A stretch of DNA of 57,767 bases, from assembly GCA_051942205.1 (NCBI GenBank), contig JAVECO010000154.1:1-57767 (forward strand). Direction: 5' to 3'. How positions within the stretch are numbered: position 1 is the stretch's first letter; each line of letters begins with the position of its first letter. Below are positions 37,930 through 49,867 of the stretch, piece after piece. A program made the position numbers and the translations under genes. The DNA is from Coniocarpon cinnabarinum. Taxonomy: Eukaryota. Under the pieces are notes generated by a model, which was not told the DNA's origin, searched no databases, and saw nothing but the letters and a program-made list of their open reading frames with translations.

Positions 37930-39834
37930 ATGGCCTTCCAGCAACCCATCCAACGCCCCTCCACTCGCCGCGCCGCAACCCCACCGCCCATCACGACCTC
38001 TATACCGCAATCGAGAGCTTCGCGCAACGTCGCAGAGTCTCAAGAATGGGTGCTCTTCTCACCGCCGCCCCCGTCTGAGCAGCAAGAGCGCACCGACGCC
38101 GACAGCGCCGTCTACTCTGTCACACCCGTAACACCGCACACATTCAACAAGTCCCGTCTCAGCGATTTTGGCTCGCTAGACTCCGCCGCTGTCTCCGCGC
38201 GCCATCAGCAGACACGCCGAGACGATCGAGAAGACGAGGAGGAGGATGAAGCTGAAGAGGACGACGAGGCTGACAGCTTAGATGAGGGTTTACATGCGTT
38301 CAACGAGCCTGCATCCATTTCCAACCCTTCCGCGCACCATTGCCTCGACTCAAGTATCGCTGATCCTGTTCTGCCAGCGCATGACGGTCTCGGAGCATTC
38401 AATGGGAGCAGTGCTCCAGTCCAGCAACAGCTGTGGCAGCACGAGCGATACAACCCAAAACGCGCGCTGGGGGGTTCAACATCTCTCCGGAGGTCTGACG
38501 TGCAGAAGCGACTCGATGCTTTGAGCGAGCATGAGAAGGCAATCTCGCCGATCAAAGATCCTGCAGAAGAGCGCAATCTGCGGATTGAAAAATGGAGGCT
38601 AGACCAAAGTCGCGCAATCGTGGAAGAAATCGAGCGGGAGACGCGGCGACGAAGGCGAAGAAGCAGGCTCAGTCAGTCCAGTGTGGTGAATGAAGAGACG
38701 CAGGATACTGCCTTAGCAAGCACGGTCGAGCGTTCAGCATTGGAAAAGTTGCGCGTAGAGCGACAACAATCACATTTGTCTGAAGACAAGACCCTTTGGA
38801 CACGTACCCACAAGGTCATTCGTGACTTGATTGGAGTTGACGACAATACCCTCACGTATGTATTTGGCGAAGCAAAGGCACGGTCAGAGGCGTCGGTGCA
38901 AGACAAGACCATTTTGAAGCCAACCACCCCTGCTGAGATGATAGTGTACGCGGAGCAGACAGTCCCAGACAGTCTCGACCTCGTGAAGACTCAACTCAAG
39001 TCGGAGAAAAGTCTCATCACACGCATCGCTCGAGAGCTTGGAACGCTCGTGCATCAGCTTGCTGAGTATCCGCCCAACACTTTCAGCACCTACATGAGAG
39101 TGCAAGAAACCGTACCGTACGCAGGCTTACCCACCCCTACTGACATGTCCTCGTCTGCTGGTTTCTATAACTTCGATCCGCCTGCACCTACGTCTCGCCC
39201 GACTCACCACCTCAAGCACAGGCGACGCACGAGTGTTGCACGCACTGACCCAAGCCTGTTTGGCATAGAAGAAGAGCCCGTCGAGGATGAGGCAATCGAG
39301 GAGGATCACGAGCTGACGCCTCAGCAGACACGCACTGTTCCCCCGCAGGGTGCCAACGGTGATGATGCGCAGCAATTGAGTCAGGAAAAGGCTTACTGGG
39401 AGCAAGATCTTGACATCAAACTCATCTTCAGCTACATCAAAAGTCGCTTACGACGTCGTTCATCACACAGCTCGCCACGATCAGTCAACACAGCGCAGTC
39501 GACGGCTCCGACGCTCTCCACTGCAGCAACCTCGGGACCTGATGCACTTCGGAGAGCGGCTCTCATTCGCCACCATCATCCTCTCGTCTCACGAAATTTG
39601 AATGCGCTGCGGACTGCAAGCCAATCCAATCTTAACAGCTCGGCAAGTCAACTTCCAATGTCTTCGCTGGCTCCAATTTTGGGAAGGCGAAACAGCAGTG
39701 TCATTGATGATGGCGCGAGCAGCTGTGCTAGTCAAAGTACCAAGAAGAGTAAGACCCATCACAGTGGCAGTCTCAGCATTACGAGTTCTCGCAACTACTG
39801 GGATATTGGCGGGCCTTCTTGGGGCGAGGTCTGA
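37930..39834 (+). CDS. Fungal hypothetical protein (634 aa)
   Basis: Long single ORF with blocks ESQEWVLFSP, PVLPAHDGLGAF, RIEKWRLDQSR, KVIRDLIGVDD, YWEQDLDIKLIFSY, SRNYWDIGG. Confidence 0.85.
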   Translation: MAFQQPIQRPSTRRAATPPPITTSIPQSRASRNVAESQEWVLFSPPPPSEQQERTDADSAVYSVTPVTPHTFNKSRLSDFGSLDSAAVSARHQQTRRDDREDEEEDEAEEDDEADSLDEGLHAFNEPASISNPSAHHCLDSSIADPVLPAHDGLGAFNGSSAPVQQQLWQHERYNPKRALGGSTSLRRSDVQKRLDALSEHEKAISPIKDPAEERNLRIEKWRLDQSRAIVEEIERETRRRRRRSRLSQSSVVNEETQDTALASTVERSALEKLRVERQQSHLSEDKTLWTRTHKVIRDLIGVDDNTLTYVFGEAKARSEASVQDKTILKPTTPAEMIVYAEQTVPDSLDLVKTQLKSEKSLITRIARELGTLVHQLAEYPPNTFSTYMRVQETVPYAGLPTPTDMSSSAGFYNFDPPAPTSRPTHHLKHRRRTSVARTDPSLFGIEEEPVEDEAIEEDHELTPQQTRTVPPQGANGDDAQQLSQEKAYWEQDLDIKLIFSYIKSRLRRRSSHSSPRSVNTAQSTAPTLSTAATSGPDALRRAALIRHHHPLVSRNLNALRTASQSNLNSSASQLPMSSLAPILGRRNSSVIDDGASSCASQSTKKSKTHHSGSLSITSSRNYWDIGGPSWGEV

Positions 39835-40224
39835 GATTGAATCAGACTGAATGGTGTTGAGATTGCCATGAGTATTGTTGTTTAGTATACCTAGCGGCTA
39901 GACGGGTTTGGATGTATTGTACTACTACACACGACTCCCACGAATAATGCGACATAGATGAGATAGGGACTATCTTCCCTCTGTATGACTATGAATCGGG
40001 GAAGCTTGCCGCGAAGCAACTCTTTTAAAAAATATCATATGTGGCCCCAGTAAATCTATATTGATCGACTTGCGTCTCGCTGTCACTTTAGCCACGTGTG
40101 CGCTGTCTTGCCGCCTCCGTTGTGCCCCGCAACATGACCTCGCTGTAAACAAAAACACCTGCCCGCCCGAACTTCAGCTCTCAAAAAATTGGGAAAATCA
40201 AGCTCGTGACTGCATACCTACACG

Positions 40225-42159
40225 ATGTCAATTACAGGGAGTAAGCAAACGAATAGTCACTTAATGTCTGCCCCCTCCGTTGACCGCAATCAGACAGTAT
40301 TTGGGCGGCATCGCCAACCACCACCCGTGGCCAGCCCACGATCCTGTCTGCCGACCCAAAGGGCGAACGGATAGCTTACGCGGTATGCATACCGTCATGC
40401 GCGTTCTCTCTGTAACGTACTTATACCTGCGCAGTCTAACAAGTCTATCTTCTTACGATCCATAGACAATCCAGCCATCAGCACGCAATATACCCAGCAC
40501 ACCGCTCAAACCACGGTTGCTCGATTTTCGCCCTCTGGCTTCTATGTCGCCAGCGGTGACGTCTCTGGTAGTGTAAGGGTGTGGGACTGCAAGGGTGAAG
40601 GCGCTACAAAGGGTGAATACCACATCATTGCGGGACGCATCAGTGACATTGCATGGGATGGCGATTCGCAGCGCATCATTGCGGTAGGAGACGGCAAGGA
40701 ACGATACGGCCACTGCATCACTGCGGACAGTGGCAACTCTGTTGGGGAAATCTCAGGCCATTCTGGCCAGATCAACAGTGTTTCCATCCGCCAGCAGCGG
40801 CCTTTACGAGCAGCTACCGCCAGTGACGATACCAGTGTCGTGTTTTTGCATGGCGCTCCCTTCAAATACAACACCAGTCTGCGCGACCAGCATCAGAAAT
40901 TCGTCTACGCTACAGCTTTCAGTCCGGATGGGTCGTTCTTTGTAAGTGTGGGTCAGGATCGGAATATCTGGCTCTACGACGGCAAGACGGGTGAGCCGCA
41001 GAAACAGATCGGTGAGGGCGAGCACACCGGGAGTATCTTCGGCGTGAGCTGGTCGCAGGATTCCAAAAACTTCGTGACTTGTAGCGCCGATCAGACAGTC
41101 AAGCTGTGGGATGTTGAGGGTGGAAAGGTCAAGCACAGCTGGCGCATGGGCGGCGACGGGGTCAGTATCCCGCACCAGCAAGTCGGCGTCGTCTGGCCGC
41201 ATGGACGCACCGATGACCTCGTCATCAGCCTGGATCTGGATGGCAACCTGAACTATCTCTACACTGACAAGACGACTCCCACTAGGACCGTCACAGGCCA
41301 TCAGAAGAACATCACGGCCGCCGCTCTCACGGCCAAGTCTGGTCAAGCCACCATCTGGACTGGGAGCTCTGAAGGACGCGTACGCACGTGGGACGTCGCG
41401 AGTGGAACTGCATCATCCATTGATGGCGAGAGTCCGGCGAACTACGTCTTTGCCATTACACCTAGCCATGATCACAACCGCGTCTACACAGCCGCATGGG
41501 ACGACACGCTCCGCACCATCGACGTCGGCGCCAGCACCTTCACAGGCTCAGGAATGGTGAAACTCCCCGGCCAGCCCAAAGGCCTTGCCGCATCCACAAG
41601 TTCTCAAATCATTGTCGCTACGCCCACATCCCTCCTCGCATACCAAGACGGCTCACAGACCAACTCTATAGACCTCGAGAAGAACCTGACGCCCACGGCG
41701 CTTGCCGCGTCGAATGATACCGTCGTCCTGGCAGCCGACGATAAAAAACTCTATCTTTACACACCGACTCTAAACTTGCAAAAAACAGTCGCAATCCCTC
41801 TCAATGCCGCTGTGTCCACTCTTGCCTTTTCGCCAGATCACTCACACCTCGCGATTGGCACCGCATCAGGCGGTATTACCGTTCTGTCTACGTCATCCTG
41901 GGAAGTCGTGACGACGCGGTGGTCAGCGCACACGGCGCGCGTCGCGAGCATTGCATGGAGTCCCGACGGTAAATATGCAGTCAGCGGAAGCCTGGATACA
42001 AACGTGTTTATCTGGAGTTTGAGCAATCCTGGTAGGCGAGTGAAAGCCGCACAAGCGCACAAGGAGGGTGTCAATGGGGTTGTTTGGATTGGAGAGGGGC
42101 TGGTGGGGAGTGTAGGCGCGGATGCGGCGGTGCGATTGTGGGATGTGAGGGTTGAGTAG
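40225..42159 (+). CDS. AIP1: Actin-interacting protein 1 (WD40); exons 40225-40240, 40294-40382, 40435-42159
   Basis: Spliced start MSITGNSIWAASPTTTRGQP..DPKGERIAYASNKSIFLR; TTVARFSPSGFYVASGD; DIAWDGDSQRIIAVGDGKERYGH; SVSIRQQRPLRAATASDD; many WD repeats. Confidence 0.95.
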
Positions 42160-42220
42160 ATGTCAAGACGGGGTCTCGCAGAGTACAAGGCTATTGCAGA
42201 GCAGCGAGGTCACTGAGCCT

Positions 42221-42554
42221 TTTCCGTTTCCGTTTCCGTTTCCTTTTTCCCTTTTTTTCCTTTCCTTTTCGCTTTTTGGTTCTTTCCTGCTGAGGTACTA
42301 CCCTGAGCTTTTCCTTGCTGGGGGGGGGGGGAGGCTATCTGGCGGTGCGTGCGAAAGCCACGAGACGGGCTCTTGAATTAGACGCCCCGGTTAAACCTTT
42401 CAGTACCTTCCTTGCTTGCTTGCTTGCTTGCGTCTGATCATGATGGACACAATCACGAGCTGTGACCACGGCTTAAGGCGTGATATCCATTCGCCATCTG
42501 CTTCAAACGGCTCTGATCACTCACCGCTCACCACTCACCACTCACCACTCACCC
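42221..42554. repeat. Simple-repeat cluster: (TTTCCG)n, G12, (GCTT)n, (CACCACT)n
   Basis: Read directly at 42221-42243, 42320-42331, ~42410-42430 and 42518-42554. Confidence 0.85.
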
Positions 42555-42829
42555 CGCAACGCGACGCGACGCGGCTGAGATGGCTCTTCTCCGAACGTAA
42601 AGATAAAATCTATCTACGCTTCTAGTCTCCGACGAAACGTCATTATTGCAAGAAACATGGATTCATGATCTAAAGCAATCGCCCTTGTCGTCATTAGTGC
42701 AGTGATGCATGATTCGAACGGGTTGTGGCTGACCGCCTTTTCATGGTTGCAGTTTCGCTGTTTTCGCTGTTTGTTGGTCAGAGCATAAACAACCTCGTAT
42801 GGATAAATAGGCGTAGCCAGTGTGGTCAA

Positions 42830-43260
42830 TAATTCAGTTTAGTTCAGATATGATATAGTCGCGTGCGCTACTAATCGATAATAGTAAAAACTCACCTAAT
42901 ATTATAGTAATTTGCTAGAACTCAACCTTTAATTACAAGTAAATATAGTGTAGCATAATTGTAGTGTAGATTGTGCGTTACTATAACTGCGAAGGTTAAG
43001 AAGGGAACTGGTATCATAATAGTTTGCTATAACTAGACTATTGATAACTGAACTACTGACTTTATTGGTTTGGCTTGGGAAACGGTTGTAGGAGTGCGGC
43101 TGCTAGTCGATGGTGATGATACTAATAGTGCTTTCGATGACTAGGGCCTTACTGCTAGTGTTTGATTTAGTATTTTTCTCGATGGAGTATAGGGCGCATA
43201 CTCTAAATGGTAGGAATGGATGGCTTTGGTGTCATGGTTATTGATGGCATATCTGACACA
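42830..43260 (-). pseudogene. RIP-like AT-rich gene relic
   Basis: TpA-rich island; one minus frame runs about 100 codons with a single internal TAG before further stops and a GTGAGT donor-like site near 42896. Confidence 0.3.
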
Positions 43261-43850
43261 CTAAGTTACCCTACCTAGTCCTAGTCCTAGTAGTAGTAGT
43301 ACTGCCAGTATACCAACACGGCTATACTAACGTAGCTATGCAAGTCGATATTCTTTCAATATACGAAGAACGAAGCATGAACCCTTACAAGCATCGACCA
43401 TAATGCAATAATCACAAACCTCCACGCTCGCCTCGCCTCAGCTCAGGTCACAACCACCACTAAATCAGTAAACCAACGGTTTACTGGTTGTAAATTTTGG
43501 ACGATGGGTGCTGTGCGCCATCAGACCAGACCACCCAAGCCAACCACTAGCCACACTGCAATTGAACTACCTTAATTATTTTTTCATGTCCGTACTTTTC
43601 TCTAGAGTGAAAGTTGTGGAATGACGTTCCAACCCATGGCGCTGGAAGAAAGGCGCCTCCCCGCCTGCACGCATTTGCGCATGTGTCATTCCTTGTGCAA
43701 GTGACGAGAGATCGTCTCGACACATTTTGGAGATCGATTGATGCCTTGGATGGAGCCGTGACAGGTGCTGTCCTTTTGGCGTAATCAATGCCGCTCTCTT
43801 GGAGCCTCCTCTTGGGACGCAAACACGAAGATTCTGTTCTGTTTTTACGC

Positions 43851-44045
43851 GGATGGATGGATGGTTGGTTGGTTGGATGGGTGGTTGGTTGGTTGCAAGA
43901 CGGCTTCCAGTAAGTGTCACGGCCTGTATTCAGTCCTTCGTCTATCAATCGTTCAGTTGTGAGAAAATGTTAGCTTACTATGGGTTTGCTTTTCCCTGGT
44001 GGGTCGTGTGGGTCGAGTTGAGTCGAGTTGGGTCGAGTTGGGTCG
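43851..44045. repeat. (GGAT)n/(GGTT)n and (GTCGAGTTG[G])n simple repeats
   Basis: Read directly at ~43851-43895 and ~44011-44045. Confidence 0.8.
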
Positions 44046-44463
44046 GTCGTATGTCACTAGAACCCGGGTCTTGGAGGACCGGTTCATACGTGGGTAAGAT
44101 ACAGGAGTCGCCGGCGATGTCGCTCGAGCACGCGTCATGATCGTAGCTTAAATTGCCCTACCAGACTGTAGTCATGTGCGTCTGTAATCGACGTCGTCCC
44201 CAATACCTAGATCGAGTCACGATTTCATCAAGAGACATGTGCTCGAAGTCGGAAACGCGTATAGAGAATAGAGACATGGGTTTTGTCTTGTTGCGACGCG
44301 GTTCAGCCTAGCCTCCACATCACCTCCTTCGCTTTTGCCACAATGAGTAGTAAACCAGGAACCGATGGCTTGCTAGTTTGAGTGCGGTCCCCTCCGTTGT
44401 GAGTAAGGGAAGCGCACACGACCGAACTCCGGCCGAGCCCAGACGAACTGTCGACTACACCGG

Positions 44464-45818
44464 TCACGGCAGATACATAGACCGGTCAGCCCGGTCCCGC
44501 GACGTCGTCCGATCCGTCTTCGCCTGTATATCCACCGTCTTCACGATTTCGTGACTCCCCGGTGTTGGAGGAGCCGCCGCAGCGCCGTCCGCGCTCGTCG
44601 CACTGGCGCCCATCGCCACGAGGTGGATGTCATCCTGCTCGGAGCCGAGCGAGGTCAAGCCCTTGTGATGGTGACCGAACCAGCGCGAGCGGTCGTCGGG
44701 GGACCGCCAATTGGTATCGGGCTTGAGGGGTCGAGTGGAGGCTTTGCTGCCCGAGTAGAGCCGCACGCTGATGTCGCGGACCCAGCGCCAGAAGGGACCG
44801 ATTGCTGGGAGGGAGGCGGCCGTGATGAGGATGTCTACCTCGATGACGGTCCAGAATACGAGGGGCGTGTCTGCATCTATGCGTGGCTTGTTAGCGAGGG
44901 GCGTGTGTGTGTGTGTGTGTGTGTGTGTGCAGCAGCAGCACAGGCTTCGTGTGCCGTTGTGGGCCTTACAAGTAGGGTCTTGCTTTGCTTCGGCGCTGAT
45001 CTCGGACACCAGCGATATTTTGTAGAAGGCAACGATGCCGGCGATGATGCCACCCATGAGCGCCAGCGAGATTGCCACGCGTTTGAAGAGTGGCATACTG
45101 AGGCGTGCAATCACAAAAGGCGGATAAATGGCAAAGAGAAAGTCGAGAAACCCCGACAACGCGACGTCGAAATATGAGAGATTGAGAACGACCGACGGAT
45201 CCCAACAGGATCCGGGTATGGCTAATGGAAGCTAGGATCAATCCTCTGGCGCGTCTTCGCCTCCATGTCTGGGCACCAACTTACTCGGATTCCACTGATG
45301 GGCGCGGGGCGTGCATTGTACAAACCAAAAGATCGACAAGAGACCGCAGCAGGCGACGAGACCCAAGGACAACGTCCAGAAGATGGCTCTGGTCCACACT
45401 CGGAGAGATAGCAGTCGCTCAAGCAATGCGACAATGCCCAGCTTGGGGAGTGCAAACGTCCAGACACCAATGGATGATGCCAGGACCTGGCGGAAGCCGG
45501 CGAGCGGAAGCCTTTCCTGCGGGATGTCGTAGACGTGCTCGCCCAAGCCGGCGGACATGGCCGCCGTCAACGTGGAGACGTATGCCAGCTGGACGAGGAG
45601 GGCAAAGAGAATGAGGCCATCGTCCAAACCGAAGTTCTTCGTGAACCCCAGCCGGGAGACGAGGCGAGCACATACGATGACTGTGATTGTGGTGAGCTTC
45701 CACAGTCCCTCGCTTCGGAGCGCCGGCCTCTCGAGGAAAACGTACGGACGGTGATGCCTGTGAAGGTCCAGTCCAATCCATTGATGAGAGGACGAGTTTG
45801 GTTGCCGCCGTAGCCCAT
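44464..45818 (-). CDS. PTH11-like (fungal rhodopsin-domain) integral membrane protein without CFEM; exons 45818-45746, 45680-45285, 45221-44970, 44876-44464
   Basis: Spliced product ..LIVCARLVSR..FGLDDGLI..AGLGEH..LPKLGIVALL..QCTPRAHQWNPTIPGSCW..DFLFAIYP..WTVIEVDILITAASLPAI; three canonical introns keep frame. Confidence 0.9.
44903..44929. repeat. (GT)13 microsatellite inside intron 3 of the PTH11-like gene
   Basis: Read directly. Confidence 0.95.
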
Positions 45819-46446
45819 GACGATGGCAGCATCGGCTCAGGAGTACCTGCCTGTCGACAACAACGCTCAAGACTGAGATGACATCCGTATCTCAGAACAG
45901 TCTTTATGGGATCGTGCATGTGTGACGGGCAGTGGCTAAATAAGAGAGCCAGCAGTATAAGCAGTCCGGAGCAATGAGGAAATTTACCCGAGAAAATGGA
46001 TGGCGGCACAGTCAATCCATCCATGTACTCAGAGGCTGGCAGGTATAGTAAGTCAGCATGCAGCAAGAGGAACAGCAGTCACTTGCGCGAGAGATGGTTC
46101 CCAGGTGGATATGCTTGACCGAAGGAAGTCACACCACGCGGGAGAAAGGTCGATCAGTTCGTTGTGGCGTAGTTGGGAGGCGATGTGCAGAAGTACCGAC
46201 GTAGCTTGCGCCTGAATCATCCCTGTCTTCTCGAGTATTGCCCGCGCGCCGCGAGGCTGCATGTCATTCCTTGGATCATCGCCTGTAAGCTGCACGCCTG
46301 AAGGATTCGTCGCACCGTCGCAGACGTTGCCGCTAACATCTCGATTGCTTCTCTGGTTTCGGACCAAAGTTGGCACAACCATTCTATGCCGAAACTGCAG
46401 TCCGGACCGCATCGTGGTGTCGGACCACGAATGCTACGGGTTCTCA

Positions 46447-47824
46447 TTACATGCACTCAATCTCAATGACACTATCGAGCGAAGAGCTGTTTCCCCAGAT
46501 CTTGACAATCTTGTAGCCTGCCGATTCGAGAAATTCTGTCCATTGTTTCTCGGTACGCTCGCCTGAGCTGAACAGCGCCATCATTGTCAGGTCAAAACTG
46601 GACTGATGGCGGTCGGCTCCGCGGTCATTGATTACAAGCTCATTGATGAGGACTCGGCTGTAATTTCGTCGTAAGGCGGGTTTGAGACTTGTCAGTATCT
46701 CTCGCCCTTTGTCCTCCGGCCTAAAAGTCCTTGCGCTTAGTTCTTGCCTCCAGTATTTGCTGTCTAAAGCCTGGGAATGCAATGCCACTTACCAATCATG
46801 AAGGACGCTATGTAGGAAATATGCGCGTGCGCCTGAGAAAACATGTCAACCTGTTCATAATACCCTGACCTGGAGGTGGAATTCAAATACCTTTTCGCGG
46901 CTGGATGGTGAAAAAGTCGTGCGCTATGGGCTTGATTCCATTGAGATCCTGTTTCTGAGCATCTGCAATCACAGAAGCTAGGTCTTGGAGCACAAGTCGG
47001 CCTGCGGAGTGTGGATGCTTTTCGAGGAATTTTTTGAGATCGTGACCAAGTCCACCACCTAAAGCAATCGCAAATCAGCTCGCTCGTTTCAACCATGAGG
47101 CTTGTTGGGCCCACTCACCAACGTCAACCAAGATATCTCCATCGGAGTCTGCAGTTTCAAGCAGTGAGGCCGTTGGATAGACCTCGAGCCACGAACCACG
47201 CTGAGAAGCGTACGCAGTCATCAAATTTGAGAATGTTTTCATGGCCTCGGGATGCTGTTCTAGCCACGCAAAGTGCGAGACTTGACTGTCAGTGGCGAAT
47301 TGCCAGTTCCCCATGCGATCCGCCGGGTTCTTGTATCCAGTCTTGGCGAGGAATTTGGGGAGACTCATAAACGCCGGAATCGTGATATCGTTCATGTAAT
47401 CCACCGTGGCGATCATTCCGGGAGTACGGAGCGACTTGCTGAGGCGCGTGCCTTCCCATCGGTCGACGTCAACCTCTCGAATGACGTGCATGGCGGCCAA
47501 ATGCCGGAGAAGGCGTCGAAGCATGGCCGGGTCAGTAGATTCTGCGGCCAGTTGAGAGGTTGTTTTCGGACCTCCGCCTGCTTCCTCGAGCTTGTTGAAG
47601 ACACGTCTATCGACTGCGACTTTGCAACAGGCATACATCAACGGATGATTGTAGGTCATCTCCCACATTGATTCTATTGGTGTTTCCAGGCGGCGGACGA
47701 GGGCACGCGCTGCAGCAAGCGTCTGACTCCGTGCTCCGGCGTCATTGGCAAAGCTGTCGAAGTCGGTACGCTCTATGTCTCGAAGCAAGGTGTTGGGGCC
47801 AGCGGGGTTGGTCGATTCGGGCAT
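46447..47824 (-). CDS. SAM-dependent O-methyltransferase 1 (Methyltransf_2-type); exons 47824-47119, 47058-46891, 46832-46793, 46720-46447
   Basis: Spliced motifs LVDVGGGLGHDL, LVLQDL, AHDFFTIQP, GARAYFLHSVLHDWPED, FDLTMMALFSSGERTEKQW. Confidence 0.93.
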
Positions 47825-49867
47825 GCTGTGATTGCTTCCTCTCTGTCAGCTGAGGTGGAAAGAAGAGCACCTTCGGGTCGCACGTCTGGGCCAGATTCTA
47901 CCGTGTCAAGATGTTTGCAATGGTCTGAAAAACGGGCGGAGACATCTGACCCTGTCGGCTGACTCGCGCCGACGCCGTGCCCGAGTTCAAGGTGCACAAG
48001 ACGACGCTGTCAGGCAAATGAATAGCATCGCGGACGGGCTGCATCGTCCAGTCCGGCTGAACAAGCAGCAGCGGGGAGGCTCATGGAGGAAGGAAAGATC
48101 GGTGGGCTGAACAGACCGTCTGAACCAATTGCTGTGCCGTCCGACCAATCGCTCTCGCCACCAGGGCTGCTCTCGGCGGTCTCTGCGACTTTGCATTTAC
48201 GGGGAGCGGTGACACCGTGTGTTGCCGTGTTGCGGCTCTCTGCCAGCGCCTCCGAGTGTGAGAGGAGGCCGAACCATGCGTATCCGACGAAGCTGGCGCC
48301 GTGGGTAAAAGATATTCACAGAGTATGTATGCATGGCGAGAAACCTGATCACACAGTACCTACCGTAGGTAACCCCCTGTACCCCGTATGCACATGAAAC
48401 CTCTCACCGAATCAGAGTTTCAGGCAAGTCCTCTCCAGCGGTCAATGCCCGTGCTCCGTACCTCTGCGCCGATTGGGTGAGACCTGCGGAGTTATGCGGC
48501 GACGCTAATGCGGCCCGCCGTTGTTCAAGCGTCATTGCGGCCCGTGCGCAGGGGACATGGTGGAGTAGCCTTGCCGCGGATGGCGCTGCCCCGCTTCCGG
48601 GCACCACCAACGCTCCTCATGCACATCAACTCCTCCCCGCTCGCCTATCTGTTACGGAGTACTCCGTAATCAAGCTGCCTTGATGGGTCCTGGCGCAGGC
48701 ATCAATGATGGCTGGCATGTTCGGAGCCGCTGGCGTGGCTGATCTGCAGTAAACCGCTCCTACTTCGTACCCAGCTCCACATCAGGTCCCAGGTGTGGTC
48801 CCGATGGCCAATGAGACGCGTCGGCTTCCACATGATGTCCCTACACGAACTCACACCCCCGGAGAAGCTTGGGCGTGGCGGCGGCCAGCTGAGTGTCCGA
48901 CCTGCACAACGCACATGATGTTCCACCTAGATGGTTGTGCCGTGTGCGCAGAAGGCTTCGGCTTTCTGTCTCAGGCCGAGGGACAGCATGGTCGTTGCCA
49001 CCTTGAATCACCAACGACACTACCTAGAGATCAAGTTGAGCGTATGCGAAGTCTCTAAGCTTGCCATGACCTTCAGGCGCTCAAGATAGTTGAGGTGGTG
49101 CATGCGGTGATCGCTACATAGTAATACGGACGCATTGTGCGACTCGAAATCTTTGAGCATGTGTCTGCCAGGAGGCGTCTCAGCCTTTCCCTTTCTTCTC
49201 CGGGTTCCGCTTCAACGATACCGATGAGACTGTTCCCAAACCACGGGCATGCCTTACCAAGAAGAGCTCATCCTGATCGACTTCCGTATTTGCCACAGCA
49301 TGTTTGCATGCATTGAGAGGGAAGTCTGGAGTGTCGCAATCTCTAGAGTTTTGGTCAAGTAGTCAATGAAGTGCAATTGTCGTCCTGATTGAAATACTTT
49401 TAGACTGGTTAGTGTAGCTCCCGTTCTGGGCACGACCCATTCCAAAATACGTATTTAGTATTTCTGGCACGAATGTGATACTCATCTCGTCGCATCATCC
49501 GTGGTCAGTAATTGTGCTGTCTAGAGCTCTTGCACGTATGCACAATCCTCTGCAGGAGGCGCAGATTGGATAGCTCGTCAGCGAGTTCATGGAACGGCAG
49601 GCTTATGCACAGACTTCTTCTGGGATACCCGGGGTGGGGAGCATCCTTCAGCTTCTGACCTGTGCCGCAGCTATGGGGTTGGCTTTTGGGGTCATCGGCA
49701 AATGAGGATAAGCTTTTCGCATGCGAAAGTCGATTCGGAGCGGTCCACTCTCGTACATTTCCACCCTTTGGTGGCCTTCGTCAAGGTCTTAGCCAAACGA
49801 TTCAAGACAATCCAATTTCTCAATCTACCATCCAACAAAAGTCTGTCAATTTTGTTTGCTTGGCACA

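Noticed and set aside
34637..42832. 15-nt inverted match TATTGACCACACTGG near two AT-rich islands, suggesting terminal inverted repeats
   Set aside because: A few 15-mer matches are expected by chance in a window this size; it does not extend cleanly, no target-site duplication is seen, and it would enclose core genes.
44877..44969. CCCCTHTHTHTH metal-binding-like peptide in ORF 44464..45159
   Set aside because: Translation of an in-frame 93-nt intron containing the (CA)n microsatellite.
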